64,000 nt of DNA from Auanema rhodensis (taxonomy: Eukaryota > Animalia > Nematoda). The notes below the pieces were generated by a model. That model did not search any database. It saw only the letters and a program-made list of their open reading frames with translations, and was not told the origin of the DNA. Of the stretch, positions 26,501 to 41,500 are shown piece by piece. Both the position numbers and the translations under genes were made by a program. Position 1 is the first letter of the stretch, and every line of letters begins with the position of its first letter. The stretch is from the NCBI GenBank assembly GCA_964057225.1, contig OZ059899.1, positions 16,306,001-16,370,000 of the forward strand, written 5' to 3'.

Positions 26501-29500
26501 GGAACATTGTTCTCGTTGTTCGCGTAATTTTGCCGGAATAATGGAAACAGGCTTTAATTCCATTAATCTCGCATCAATTGATCCTAGCCAATTAGCGGTA
26601 CTGAAAATTTAAACAAATTTAAATTTGAAATATTATCTTCTATAACTTTTCTCTCATTTTGTCAAAAATAGCCTCGAACTCGTTGGTTTCCGCCATTTTA
26701 GCTTGTTTATCTTCCAAGTCGTTTTTAACATTCTCAACCTTTTTGATAGAATTTTCCACCTTAACGTTAAAATATAAAAACTATTTCTAGAAATCTTCAT
26801 ACCATATTTTCAATTGCATCAGTGTCAGTAGCATGGGGCATGTTTGTCAAGATCCTGACAGTATTTTTCATCTTATTCAGCTGGTTGTTAAGAGATTCAA
26901 TTTCATCACCACATGAATTCAATCGAATACGATCCCTTGGATTTGTATTGCGAATAGTGGTAGAGGCATTATCACAGGCTTGAGTCAAAGCTTCATCAGC
27001 CATATATAAAGATTGAACTCCTTCCAATGAATCATTAATATTATCCCGTAGACCCTATACAATCGGATTAATCATTATCTGAAATATAATTTCAGTACCT
27101 GTAGATTGGAAGATGATCTTTGTAAACGGCGTTTAGCATCTTCAATTGAAAGCTTTAGAGCATCCGCTGTGTGGGTGCCAATAGAGTTCAAGCTCTGGTC
27201 AATTTGTTGGTTCAAACCATCCAAAGTTGCTTTCTTACTTTCCAACTCTGAGCGTAATCTTTGTTCTTCTCGTTTCTAAAAAAAAGTAAAATCGTTTAAA
27301 ATGCAGCACAATACAAATCATACCAAAGCGTTAAGTGGCTCGCGCTTCATAGGTAAACTAAATGGCTGAGCAGCAATTTTCTCGAAAGATGCAACCCATT
27401 GAGATAAGCCTTCAACTGCGTCTTTAATTTCTTCGTTGGCGGAAAGTTGAACAGAAGTTTGGTTCTTGTTTTCTTGGATATCGTTCAACAAGGATCCAAG
27501 TCTTTTCTTTCTTTTATTAAGCTCATGGCTTCGCTGATCCTTAATATCTTGGCCCACACCAGACCCTTCGAGGGCTAGTAAGAGACGGAGAACTGCTTGG
27601 TCAGCTTGACGCAAAACGTCATCAGACTCTGAGGCTTTAACACCAATTTCATCAAGTCGTTCAAGTTTTTCTTCAGGTGTCCATTTTTGATTATTGACCT
27701 CTTGAAGATTACTCTCCAATGATTCGATCCAGTCATCGAGTTTTCTAAAACAAATCAGTAAAAGAAATATTAAAAGAAAATCATACTTGTTAGAATCATA
27801 AAGTTCGTCATCAAGTGTTATCAAACGATTTTGGAATTGGATTAAGTCTTGACATTGTTTTACCAACTCAGCATAATCATCCTACAAACTTCAATTTATT
27901 ACGAACAGTGAAAAGAATTACCTGAACGCGATACATAGTTTGTCGAACGTCTCCAGCATGGATGCTCTTTTCACTAATTTCAGGAGCAGATTCATACATC
28001 AATTCAATTTCAGTCTCGAGCTTGCTCAATACGGAAGCAATAGCTTTTAATTTCTCTTCTCGATCATGTACTTCGTTTAATAGAGTTCGAGCTTCGTTTT
28101 TGCTCTGTATATTAGAAAATCATATTATATAAAAATAAAGGCAATCTACTTGTTCTACTGTATTTGAATCAGCACTTCGTATTTTGATTTCTCCAGCTAA
28201 TCTGGTTCTATCTGTCATCCACGACTGCATTTCACTTGCCATGGTTGAAAACGAAACTAAGAAAGCAGTAATTTCATTGAGTCTGAAAATGAAAAGAAAT
28301 AGAAAAGAAATTTTAATAGCAGCAGGCCGCTTCTCTTGTAGTAAGTAGTTGAAAATAAAATATTCAAACAAAGCTCACGTGAATTACGTGTACTTGGCGA
28401 CATACACTACTAATTTAATAAAAATTCAAAACTCAAAGAATAAAATATCTAATATCTATGAAAATTCATTTTAGATTAAGAATAATTCCGAGAATTATTA
28501 AGAAATGAAGAATATAGGACGCGATCATATTATGGAAACTTTCATAGATGTATCCTATTGATAAGCATAAAATCACCCTCTCTCTACACAAAATTATGAA
28601 TGCCTCCATTCAACATATATCTCTTTTGTTCTTAAGCATTAGATAACAAACAGCACGCCATTAACCATTGTATGCCTTTAAGATATTAGTGACTTACCTT
28701 CCATAAACACCTTCAACTGTTCGAACTACATTTTCATAATCTAGAGCCAGTTGGTTTCTAGCTGCTTTGAGTTCAGCAAACTGATCCGGAGTCATATTAT
28801 CAGCATTTTCTCTACAGAGTAAATCTACAGCATCAAGTTTACCCTTGACATGCTCTCTCCAGCTGTCCAGAGATTCTTTTATACTCTGAACACAAATACG
28901 CGATCTACATACACCTCCAAACAATTTTACCTGAACATTCTGAGATGCGTTAGCGGCTGAATCAAGATCGAGATCAAATTTGAGATGTTCCTTATACATA
29001 GTTTCACGGAAATGGCCCAAATCTTTGGCCATATCGACAAGGGTTGTATATTGCACAGTGGCAATTTCAGCAACTTCATCCTAAAATTTACTCAACTTCG
29101 AATTTCAAGATTCAATTATATTCAGTTTTATAGGAATATTTAACAATTTTTTATATTTCAACAATTCTGTACCCACATTTTCATGTTTTACTTGTATTTG
29201 TATGTTGTTTCTTTGCAATGATTTAATGTGAGATGATAATATACTTTATGAAATTAAAAAAAAACTCATTCATATAATGCATACCGATAATTATGAAAAT
29301 CTATTAAAATGATTAAAATAAAGAAAGGCAGATATATTATGAACTCCATCGGGATTTGTTTAAACAAACTATCACATATACATAACTACATTGAGCGGAG
29401 ATTAAGGCACCATAAGAAAGTCAGGTCATAAGAACATAAGAAAGTTTTTTTTCGTTGCAAGCGAACTTATTGGAGTTAGGGTCATATCACAAACGGAAAG

Positions 29501-32500
29501 GAATCAAAAATGAGGATATGGAATTGATTTGTTTTTAACAAGATCTGAGGTTATGTAACAATCTCGGGGATATTTTTTGATAATCTAAACTTCTACAAAG
29601 CTGATACAGATGTTTCTTCCAATATACAAAAATTCGCGCGCTGTATATAGGAGGCATCCGTTTTGTAGAGGAGTATCATATCAAATTGAAATATACAAGG
29701 GGAGTAGATTAATATTAAAACAATTTAGGACATGAACAGATTTTACTCATAAAACTTAACGAGCCCATGATGGAGCATCCTGGGTCTTGTCTGAAGTGCT
29801 AGAATGGTAGGTGGTGTATTCAGCTAATGGATCAGTTTGGCTTTTCCGTAGTTCGGAAGGATTTCCTGCCCAATTGATGGTTTTAGTCCAGGTACGAGTA
29901 GTGGAAGATCCTTCAGGATGGCTTCCTCCAGGAGAAGGAGCGCTCTGTCCAGCAGTAGCATTGTTAAGCTCTTCGATAGACATATTGAGACCTTCCATTA
30001 GGCGTTTGGCAGAGTCTCCAGTAACCATCTTCATGTGAACAGCCTTTGGAATAGAATAACGTCTTCCAGTTTCAGGATGAACGAATTCTCCGGTAAGGAC
30101 ATCGAGGAGGCCTGTTTCAGCAGCTTCACGTACACTGACCCTGCGGTGATCACTGGGACTTTCAATAATCTTTTCGTCAGTATCGAATCTGTTAGCTTCC
30201 AAGCGACTCAAAAAATCGTGGTGTAAATCGGCGAGAGCAGAAGGATCTTCAATGATACTACGAGCACGATCTCCAATACTGGTTTGGCTGTGACGCATAC
30301 GAACAGAGAGAGCAGGTTCTTGTTTCTGGGGGGTAAGACGGGTAACGGTGGTTTCTTCACGGAATTTTGGAACGCTGGTACGGCTGCCACGATTTCCAGC
30401 GTCAAGGTTCTCGATTCTGAACTTATATCCTTCAGCATCACGGCGCTTCACAGCTTCAGTTACAGCTTGAGCAGCTTGCATTGGAGAGTCAATTAATGCA
30501 ATCAATCCAACCTTCACAGCTTCCTTAAGCTTGAGCTTGGAGTGCCCCGCATTAAATTTGCCATCGTTATCAATTTTTCCGCGAGAAAGAGCTTCACGAA
30601 GAGTCATGGTCTGACTACTATCAAGATCATGAAGAAGAGAATCTCCATCAATAACATCACGATCTACAGCATCACGGAAAGTGAGGTAAAGACCAGTCTT
30701 TTTATCACGAATACGTCCCGAGTTCTCATCAAATTCCTCAGAATTGAGAACAACAGTGAGGTTCTTTTCATCAGCTCCTTCAATAGATTCAACATTTCCA
30801 GTATCGATATGTCCTTCTTCAATAGCTTGAGCAATGGTCATTTGGCGTCCAGTATCGGGATCAGAGAAAATGTTGGCACGAACATCAATAATGCCCTTTC
30901 CAAGAGCTTCAGCAAAGTTCATCTTATCAACACGACGAAGCTTCTCTCCAATGTCAGATGGTATACGGCCATCTTGTACAGCCTTCGCGATAGGAACAAT
31001 ACTTTGACGAGAAAGTTGGATGGTACGGTTCTTGGGGTCAATTAATTTCGAATCAACAGCTTCAATAAGATTAAGTTGACGATGGGTACGGTAATCTTCA
31101 ACGAATGGCTTTGTGATCAACTCATAGGTGCTACGGTCAATAAGCCCTCTTTCAACTGCGTCATTGAGATCAACGTCCTCTCCGGTGATGGGGTTATGGT
31201 AGCAGCGTTTTTGGGTGTTGATTAGGCCATCATTCAAAGCAGTGGTGACTGGAACACGGTTACCCTTGCTAGGATCGAAAACTCCGTCACTGGTAATGGC
31301 TTGCCAGACAGGCTTGATGATGTCAAGCCAAGTAAGTGGTTTGCGAGTTAATGGGTCACGCACTTCTCCAGTTCGACTGTCAATGATTCCAAGTTCAATT
31401 GCCTTGCTGATAGTGATTCTTTCGTTGTTGCCAGGATTGCAAACTCCCTTATTTAAAGTTTCAGAGAGAGTGACATCAACAAGACCCATGTTGGCAGCTT
31501 GTGTGAGAGGGATGGCTTCTCCGCTCTTAGGATTACGGTAGGTAAGCTCACGAATATCAATAATTCCGGCTTGAATAGCATCCTGAAGACTGATTTTCTC
31601 CATGTGAGAGTCCATTACTCCTTTATTGACAGCGTTTTGAATGTTTGATCGGAATACAGAGTAGGTCTTGGTCATCTGCTTTCCTTTCTTATCAACGCGG
31701 GCTAAGCCAATACGCTTGGCATCTTCCAAACTCATAATACGATTGTTGCGCTTGTCGCGGATACGATCAATACCAACAAATTCAGCATGAGGCTCAAGTT
31801 CAACAGATTGAACCTGAGAAGTACTCTTGACAGAAGTCTTAGTTTCCGTTACAAAGGGATCTCCGTGCATTTGGATGGTGAATTTCATTCCAGTGCTGGG
31901 GTCAACATATTCTCCCTTTTCAACACCTCCTTCACCTCTGACAACTTTTACCATGACTTGCTTTCCTCCTCCAAGATCAACGTATTCGTGACGTCCGTCT
32001 TTACTTGCTGCAACCTGAGCTGGAACAAATGGAGTAAGCTGAAGTTTTTGCTCAACAATACGATGACTTTGGGTTGGCTTGCTAGTAGACCCAGCGCTAG
32101 CAATGAGTCCACTGGTAAGAGCGGATGGGAAACTTGTGCTCTCATTAGTTTGTTGATTATGAACTAGTCCACGTTCAGGATCCACAATACGACGAGTAAT
32201 AGCCTCTCGATAGCTAAGCTCTTCTCCGTTAGCTGGGTCACGTACAACTACAGAGTGCTGATCAACGATGTTCTTGTTTAAAGCCTCGTGAAGGGGTACT
32301 TGTTTTCCGTTGTTGTCATAATGTCCAGTAGAAAGATCGAGTCTACCAGAAAGGAGTCCAGAATCCAAAGTATCTCCCATAATCTTTCCCTTGAGAATAC
32401 CAGCCTTGAGAGCGGATTGGAGATCATGCTTCTTGTTGTTAGCTGTATCTTGTACGGTACCGGCCGTATCATCAACAATGCCTTCTTGAATAGCTTCTAG

Positions 32501-35500
32501 AAGAGAAATCTCTTTGTTACGACGGGTGTCAATTACACTGGAATCATAGGGATTGAACAGACCCTTAATGATGGCTTCTTTAAGAGTCATTTGCTTGTGA
32601 GTATCAGGGTTGGTGAACATTCCATTACCGGAATCATACCATCCGAGAGTCAAAGCTTTTCCAAGAGTGTTGTCGCTAAGAGGAGCTCCACTGGAGAGAG
32701 CTTCTTTCTTGGAGACCTGAGTGCGGGTCTGAGTCTTAACTGTAGTATGAACAGCATCACCGGCATTATCAGGTACACCTCCGTTTGGATAAAGGAAATG
32801 TTGTTGAGCAGCCTCAGTGAAACTTAAACGCTTTCCTTCAGATTTATTCAAGAAGAATGCACGTTTACTGTCGATAATTCCCCATTTTTCAGCCTCAACA
32901 AAGCTCATTTCACGTCCGGTCAGAGCATCTCTGACACTCAAATCTTCAGGTGTAAGCTTTCCAGCGTTCAAAGCACGCTCGAGTGTAAGTTTCTCTCCAG
33001 AATGATGATCAACTAACAATCCAGTGGTAGCATCAAATGACCACACTTGTTCTTGTTCCTCGATGATTGGTTGACCGACTGGACGGAAGCTGATGACAGG
33101 TCCTGATCCGGTAGGTATTTGAATAATCTTCTTGGCTTGGTTGTTGTAAGGAACAAGTGGCTCAGCTTCAATAACGATAAGCTTCTCTTCAATAGCCTTT
33201 TCAATACTATTATTTCTTACAGATCCGTTCTTGGCCATAATGTTTTTATCGAGAGCTTCTTTAACACTGATCATTGCACCAGAGTTGTCTTTAACAGAAA
33301 TTGTAGCGGCATCGATAACACCAAGTTCAATTCCTTCAGCAAAATTGATATGACGATCAACGTTAGGAGCACTGATTTCACCGGTGGTAAGATCAATAAT
33401 ACCTTTGCGTTCAGCTTCGTAGATATGGTATCCAGAAGCTGGAACTTCGATAGCTCCTTTACCTCCAGTAATAGCACGGTAAGTGGAAACTCCACCAGGA
33501 CCTCCAAGAGCAGTCGTTTCAGTGGTGCGGACACGCTTGATTGTAGTAACGGATTCTTCAATATTTTTGTCTGGGTAGTATTTTGGAGCAAGTTGTTGAC
33601 CAGTTTCAGTGACAGACTCAGTGGTCTTTTCTTCAATAGTTGGTCCAACCCCTGCACTCTTGGATGGTACGATCCATTCGCTGTGTGGGTCAATCAGCCC
33701 TTGGCTCAAAGCATCATCTAAACTCATGTCAATATCTCCCTGACGGAAACGTTGAGTACGAGAATCAATTAAGCCTTGTTTCATAGCTTCTTCCAAGGTA
33801 ACCTTTACTTGATTTTCAGCAAGTTCGAGTCCAGTTTGTCCTGGTCGGCTCACTCTCTTCTTCTTTTCGACCTTCTTAACAGGTGTAATCAAGGAAGGAT
33901 GAACATCAAAGAGACCAGAAATGAGAAGAGCACCACGAAGGTTCACCATTCCAGCGAGATAGGCATCACGTGGAGAAAGTTCCTGTTTAGTATTTTTGTT
34001 GAAGAAAACAGCCTTTTGGTGGTCAATGATTCCACGGGAAACAGCTTGAATTAGGTTCAAAGTATAGTTACCCTTGTCGTCCTTAATTCCAACAGGCTTG
34101 TTGAGAAGTTCATGGAGAGCAGAATCAATGATTTTCTCAGAACTTTCTTGTTGAATTGGATAGCTATCACGGGTCGCAAGATCTACAACACGCTCGGAAC
34201 TGGTAAGGATGGCTTCAACATCAACAGCTTCATTGAAGCTTAAATTCTGGTCAGTCATTGTATTTCTAATACCCTTGACATCGAAAATACTGTGACGGAC
34301 ACGTTTAGTCAGAAGTCCTTCCCGTACGGCTTCGGGAATAGTAAATGTCTTCTGTTGCTTTTCGAGAATGATCAATCCATCGGCGCCAAGAATTCCGCGC
34401 TCCAGCGCCTCGGCAATGGAGATTACGTCCTTCTCGTCAGGATCCACAATATGACGAACTTCGGCATCAACAACACCAGCAGCAATAGCTTCTAAAAGTG
34501 TGTGACGATGCTTGGTTCCCCTGTCGATAAAGTGGTTGGTAGAGTCGATAAGATCTTTGGAACTCATTTCAGTGAGAGTCATTGGTTTACAGATAAGATG
34601 TTCACGATGGGCATCGCGTAGAGATATAGTTCTACGGCTTTGCAAATCAGTGAAGTTACCATTACGGACGCTAACAGCGTTACGAACCACTGCATCTCCA
34701 AGGGTGAGTCGGGAGTTATCGGAGGTATTGATAACTTCTGGAACATGTAGGTTCAACAAATTGTTTTGCTTGGAAACAGCTTCACGGAGGGTGAAAGTTT
34801 CATTAGAATTGCGATCAGAAAACTCTCCGTTGTTAGCGTTGATGAACTCGTTCTCAATAGCATCAGATAAAGTAGTGGCAATCATTGGGTTTTGGGGAGG
34901 TGTTACGATTTGAATGTATCCATGATAAAGAGCATCCTTGATTGGCATAGTTTCATTCGAATATTTTCCAGTGAATTGGCCAGTAGCAGTGTTAAGAATC
35001 TTCTGTTCAATAGCCTGGCTCAGAGGCATGGGTGGAAGTTTTAAGATTCCCATCTTGATCAGCTTATGTTGGGTATCAAAGTTAATGATTCCACGGCTGA
35101 CGCACTCATACATGGAGAGGATTTCTCCAGAGTTAATATCACGAAGTTGACGAATGTCTGGGTCATATAGACCAATTTGGATAGCATCCATTAAAGACAC
35201 ACTTTGCTTGGTTTCAGGATGGTGAATTCCCCAGTGAGTGTTAAGAGCTTCCTGGAAGCTACCATCGATGTAACCAAGTTCGGCAGCCTTCTCCAAACTA
35301 ATTCTGGAGCCAGATACCAGGTCGAAGAATTGTCCACCACCAGCATGAAGATCCAAAAGTCCTTGACGGACAGCTTCAACAAAAGTAAGAATTTCCCCAG
35401 TTTGCTTATGTAAAATTCCTTCCATTTCGTAAAATTGAGTTTTAGTTACTGTTTCCTCTTGGAACATCTGCATCTCATCCTCATGCTCAGTAATTTTGGC

Positions 35501-38500
35501 AACATCAGGAATTTCACTAACTCCTTCCCATTCGTCGGGATTTTCTTGTCCAATAACCTCGAATACTGTATTTCCACGGTTAATGTTGAGATCGGGAACC
35601 TATAAGTAATCATTCGTACAAACGCATTCCGATATTAATGAACTATCAAAATCTCTTGGTCAGAAAATCAAAAAAAACTAAATTCAAACGTGCTTTCAAA
35701 AATGAAGGATAAACATCACGTCAAACCGAAATGCAAATTCCGAATTCCGCTTCAGGGAAGGTAAAAGGTATACGGAAAGTGAAAGAAAAAGCGAAATTTT
35801 GTTATTTCACACGATTGTCTGGCACACTACTAACCTTCTTTTGACGTTCTTCCTCTTCACGACGCCGTCTTTCTTCTTCTTCGCGCCGACGTCTTTCTTC
35901 CTCTTCACGACGACGACGTTCAGCTTCTTCAGCTGCCCGACGAGCACGCTCAGCTTCTTCGGCTGCTCGACGAGCACGGTCAGCATCCTCGGCTGCTCTA
36001 CGAGCGGCTTCGGCAGCTTCACGTTCACGTCGGAGACGATCAGCATCTTCAAGAGCTTTCAGACGAGCAGCTTCGAATGCACGACGTTTTCCTTCCTCTT
36101 CGGCACGACGACGTTCCTCTTCCTCCTGTAATCCGAAGGCTCTGATGCTTTGGACTTTGCCAGTTATGTTAAGAAGAGGCACACATATGAGGACAGAAGC
36201 ACGTCACTCGGAAAATCGCCGTTGTGAAAGCGAGAAGCACACACAGATAGCGTGAATACAGCATAAAAATGTTTAGGGACGACGATATGTATGCAAGGAC
36301 GGCACACGCAGCGGTGCTGAGTCAAATAAGGCAAACGGAAAACAGCTTTGATAAAAGCGGATAAAAAAGTCTGGTAAGATGAATATAGTCCTAGGGAGAT
36401 AGTTAAAAGCTCTATAGCCATAAAGCTGAAGGGGGTCAATATGCTATGTCGTAAGAACGACAAACGTATGAAAAGCCTGAAAAGCGCCGAGATACTCGGG
36501 CTGTTAGTGATAGTGTAGCCTTATGGCTTCACAAAGAAGCATTGCTGAAATGAAGTTAGGCTCCGGCAAATTATTATTTAGCATGTTGGTAATATTATTG
36601 CTATGTTTTGCATAGGTGTTGTTGTGTGGGTACAGAATTAGTTAATATATAGATCAAATGTATGTATAATCATAAATTGACCCCAGTGAACATTGAACAG
36701 AGATTTTCCGATTAAAGACAAAACAAAACGAATAAAACTGACAATTTTGCTTTTTAGCTCACATTGGCAGCGCTCAACCTAAGCCACTTAAACAAAAAAA
36801 AACTGAATAAGCGAGGAAAAAGCGATATAACTGAACTATTTTAGCAATAAGCTGAAGCTGCCAGCATGCGCAGGTATTTTTAAAAATAGCTAATTGGCGT
36901 ACCTGCTTCTGTCTTTTCCAGTTTTGAATAAGGACTTGCATATGATTTCTTCTCTCAAGAATTAAACTAGACAACTGAGCAAAGCGTCTGTTGAGAGCTT
37001 CAAGCTCTTCGGTAACAATTTGTGCACCATTCTTTGGCTGGGGTTGAGTACGACGGAAGAGTTGTCGAACGGATGGTCCGTGAATTCCAACAACAGCATC
37101 TCCGAACTGTCCCATACGACTGTCGAAACCCTAAACATTTACATGAAAAAAACATCTAAAACATGTTTTAAAGTTTACCTTTGCCTCACGAATGAATTTA
37201 CCACCTTCGCGATTTACATTTTCTATAGCTTCAGTTCTTTCTTGAAGTTGGGCATATTCAGCAGCCAAGATGTCCAATTGGTTTTGATATTCTTCAGGTC
37301 TTAACTCATCAGGCTTACGAAGACGATTGATGGTTTCTTCTACACGATCAAGCCAAGCCATCTCGCATTCGTATTCGCTTCTGAAATATTTTTGATTAGA
37401 AATTATGAACTAATATAACGATCTATAAACCTGTAAACCATCTGGATTTGAAGGGCACGTTCAGTAGCTTTCAATCTGTCAGCTACTTGAGCACCAACAT
37501 TTTCCCAACGAACATTAAGTTGTTGAACTTCTTCTTCAATTCTATCTACATCAGGATGGCTTCCTTGGTTGAGTCTGGTGCGAGCAACGTGTTGACGAAG
37601 GAGAGCAACATTTTTGTTAAGAGAATCAATGACTGATTGTTGCTGTTGGAGAACCATATTCATCTCTAATAACTGAGCATGGTGACCACGTAGCTTATCA
37701 AGAGCAGCAGGCATATCATCAAATGAGTTCAATGTAACTTCATGAGCTTTGACAATATCGGCAACCTCGATCATGCCGTTCAAAACAGACTCGAGAACCT
37801 TGATTCTCTCTACGTACATACGGGAAAGATCCCAAAGTTCCTCCCAAATGGTATTGAGTCGATCATGATTGACACGTTGAGTAGGAGTAGGGTTGGGAAG
37901 TTGTCTGAATAACTCCTTCACGTTAGCAACATCAGTGTCAAGAGCCTAAATATATATGTTTATATAATATATTCGCAATATAAAACAGTATTTAATTGTC
38001 TAACCTGAAGATCATCTTCAAACTGCTTGTGGGCATGAATAACTTTTTCCAATTCTTCTGGTGTTCTCGAAACTGGTTTTCCAACATTATCATTCAATTT
38101 GCGCCAGGCTTCTTCGAGCTTACGGAGAAGCTCGTTCATCTTCTCATCGAACTGGCTTGAATAATCAGGCTCTAAAATTGAATTAATAAATAATATGGAA
38201 TTATTGTTTTCCATACCTGGTGGCTTCTGACTAGCATTAAGCAAATTCCAGAAGTGCTCGTTAGTTTTACGCAATTCTTCGCGTAAACGAAGAGCGAGAG
38301 GATCATTGGGATCAAGCTCAGCGAGCAATTTGTTGGCATCATCGTTGAGGGCACGCATGATGGCATCACGTTGGTCAGGATCAATCGAATTGAAAGTATC
38401 AAGATTCCATCCCCTGAAAAAAGAAATTAAAGCTGAATATTTTCCTTTTTTTCATAATTTTATTAGAAGAACAGCTTCTTAACGATTGCCTAATTGCATC

Positions 38501-41500
38501 TCATTATCATTATAATCATATAAGAAAATATGTCAGTCATCTTTTTCGATGCGAGCGGAATAAAGACCGGTTTGCCATTGCCAAAAGGCAATTCAAAGAT
38601 GGCGTGCAGCGCTTTAAGAAAAAAACGGTACCGGCTGCACGACTACTAATAATACATAAAACTTACTGAATTGTTTTCATGGTATTAAGAACCATGTTGA
38701 AGCGGACCATGCGGTGTTTTTTGTCCCATAATTTTCTCAATTTCTCAAACTGTTGAAGCAAGCGATTCAAGTAATTGGTTAACTTGGAATCAGGAGGTGG
38801 AATGCGGAAGACGACAGATGGAACGACTCCCTCGGTTCCAGATAAGTCTCTAATTTGCCATTTAATCAAATCAGAGTTATCGAGAAGAGTAACATCGTCA
38901 CCTAAGGTGCAAACTTTTAGTCCTATCAAATTTTTCAACACTTACCAGCCTTGATTGTAATGTTTTTTTCTGAAAAATCGCATAAAGCAGTAACAGTGAT
39001 AGGTCTAGTTATTCTTTCTCCTCTTTGCCATAGTGGAGATATGGTAGCACAACGTTCAGTCAGAGCCATTAACACATTGTGATACTTATTAAGAATATCC
39101 TTGATCTCGTCAAGTTCTTTGAGGAACCGTTCTCCTTCTTCTAAACTGAAGTCAGTTCGGTTGTAATTGTTCTCAAGTCGTTGGGACTGCTCTTCCATCC
39201 ATGCTTCTGCATCAGCGGCTTCTTCTAGGAACTGGAAAGAAAATAGCTTTCATTTGAAAAATCTTTTTTTTTCTTCATTTTTAGAATGTCTAAAGAAATA
39301 TGTTGTATTTTTGTATTTTATATTCACATGGTTGCCCCCAAAAAGGATAACCATTCCGTGAATGATAAGATGTTATGAATAATACTACGACAAACAGTAG
39401 TGAGTGTGACCTTCAATAAGATTGACTGTCGTAAATGGACAACATCATACGTTCAATTCTTACTATATAGATCAATTAAGACGTAATGTTTATTCTGAAC
39501 ACTACTTACCGATTTAAGATTCAAAGCGTCACGAAGATGTTCCTCAAGACATTTTGATAAAGACAAAAGCCAATCCCATTTGTTTTGCATGGTTCTGAGG
39601 TAAACCTCAATAACATGGATAGCTGGATGTCCCTGATTCAAAAGAGCTGCTCCCTGGTTGTGTACATCATTGTATTGTCGTTCACGCAATTCCATTTCAT
39701 GAAGAAGCTGAAAAAATAATATAGGTTATGTTATAGGTTATACTGATATATCGTTCCCTCAATATACTAACTATATCATTACAGTGTTTACGATGCACTC
39801 CGTGTGAAGAACGTAATGAACACTTTTCGTGTATTCAAAACTCGTTTCTAACAATCCCCTGATTTCCTTTCAATAACTACTAAGAAAATCAAACAATTGA
39901 TTCATAATAATAGTCATCAGCATATAGATATATTAATTTTTTCTCACTTAGCTTAAATAGTCCGTATGATCTACCTATTCTATTACCATAAATTGTGTAT
40001 GTCTTCTGCTAACCCTATTTCCAAACCACAACTAGATTGCGTTCCCATCTGTAATGATTTACGCCCAGGGTAGAAACTGTAAAAGACATTGTCCCCTCGC
40101 CGATCAGCTATCAATTTCGGTCCCGATCCTTTTATTTTCACAATGATCAGTAGTAGTATGTCACATGGCAAAGACCATGACATAGCCTCCCCCCATCATC
40201 TATTCTTTTCTTCACCGCTGTCGTCTATCTCAAGTCGTTGTCAATGGTGCCACACCCACCCAGAAATGTGCTGTAGCTCGCATTCCACAGGCAGAGGCAA
40301 CCGGTTCATATACGTACACCACCTCCATTCTGCTTTAGATGGCTGAGGAGACCCGCAATCACGTCTTATTAGCTGTGTCTTTTCATCTTGCTACACCTCT
40401 CTTCTCCGCTCACACGCGTAGATGTAAACTAGCAGAAACAATAACAAACAGGAAAATAAAGCATGACTAGGTACTCAGAAAAAATCCTTCCATTAAATTT
40501 TGTCTTTACTTTTGCCGTCCCACATGTAATATACCCACCCATGTATGAATATTAGCCACCATTTAAACCGTGACACATACCTGCTTATAGTAGTTCTGCA
40601 GCATAGGTAAGTCCAGTTGTTTAATATCCGACCAGTTACGGGACACTTCTATATCTTCCCTCTCGGTCACCCATACGAGTTCCATTTGGGCGGCACGAAC
40701 AAAGGCAATAAGGGAATCCTAAAATTAAACGCTTAACATTTTTTTTCTCTGTGAAAAAACTAACCAGATCGAGCATTCTACCAGCTGATAGATCTCTAAG
40801 TTGTTGATACTCAGATTCCAATACTCGCAGAAGTTCACAATATTCATGAGTGTCTTCAGCAGAAACTTCAGCCTGAATATTCATCAAATTAAAATAACTA
40901 TTTTAAAAGTACATTTTTTGAAAATATTCAAATGTGTTTTTCTTATCTTTTCCCTTTCCATGTGAACATGATATTATATGAAGGAAACAGAAAGAATGTT
41001 TCGAAAAAGACATAGTGAGAGTATACAATTTCCAGAAGAGGGTAAGGAAACAAATAGAGAAACTAGACAGGTATACGCTAAGCATACACACGAACAGAAC
41101 AAGGACATTTTCAATATAATGCCCGACACTATGACTCGAAAGAACACCTCAGAGTAAAAAATGAAAATTATTCAAAAATTGTTGTTGAGCTAACCTGACG
41201 AGCAATACATTCGTCGACATTCTGACGGAAGTCCTGAATGTCTCTGTTGTCCAATTTATGTTGTTCGAACATTTCTTCGAGAGTTTCCAAGTTCTCGAGG
41301 AATTCCATCTCGGTCAATTTTTCCTGAATAATACCAGATATTTAAATTTAACTGAAAAAAATCGTACCAATCTGATTCGAACCCACTCAATACACTCCTC
41401 AACACGGCTGAAGGTAGATTGACGAATAGATTCCAATCGAGCTTGACTTTCTTTGCGCATGGCTTCAGTCCTCACACCCAAACGTACAAGAAGTTGGTTG

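Noticed and set aside
29811-35413. Numerous plus-strand ORFs up to 200 aa
   Set aside because: They are antisense shadows of the codon-biased VAB-10A exon.
36126-36902. Intronic telomerase RNA search (agcctaac on minus near 36556; cctaagcc on plus near 36778)
   Set aside because: The matches cover only about one TTAGGC unit or lie on the non-transcribed strand. No 1.5-repeat template was found.
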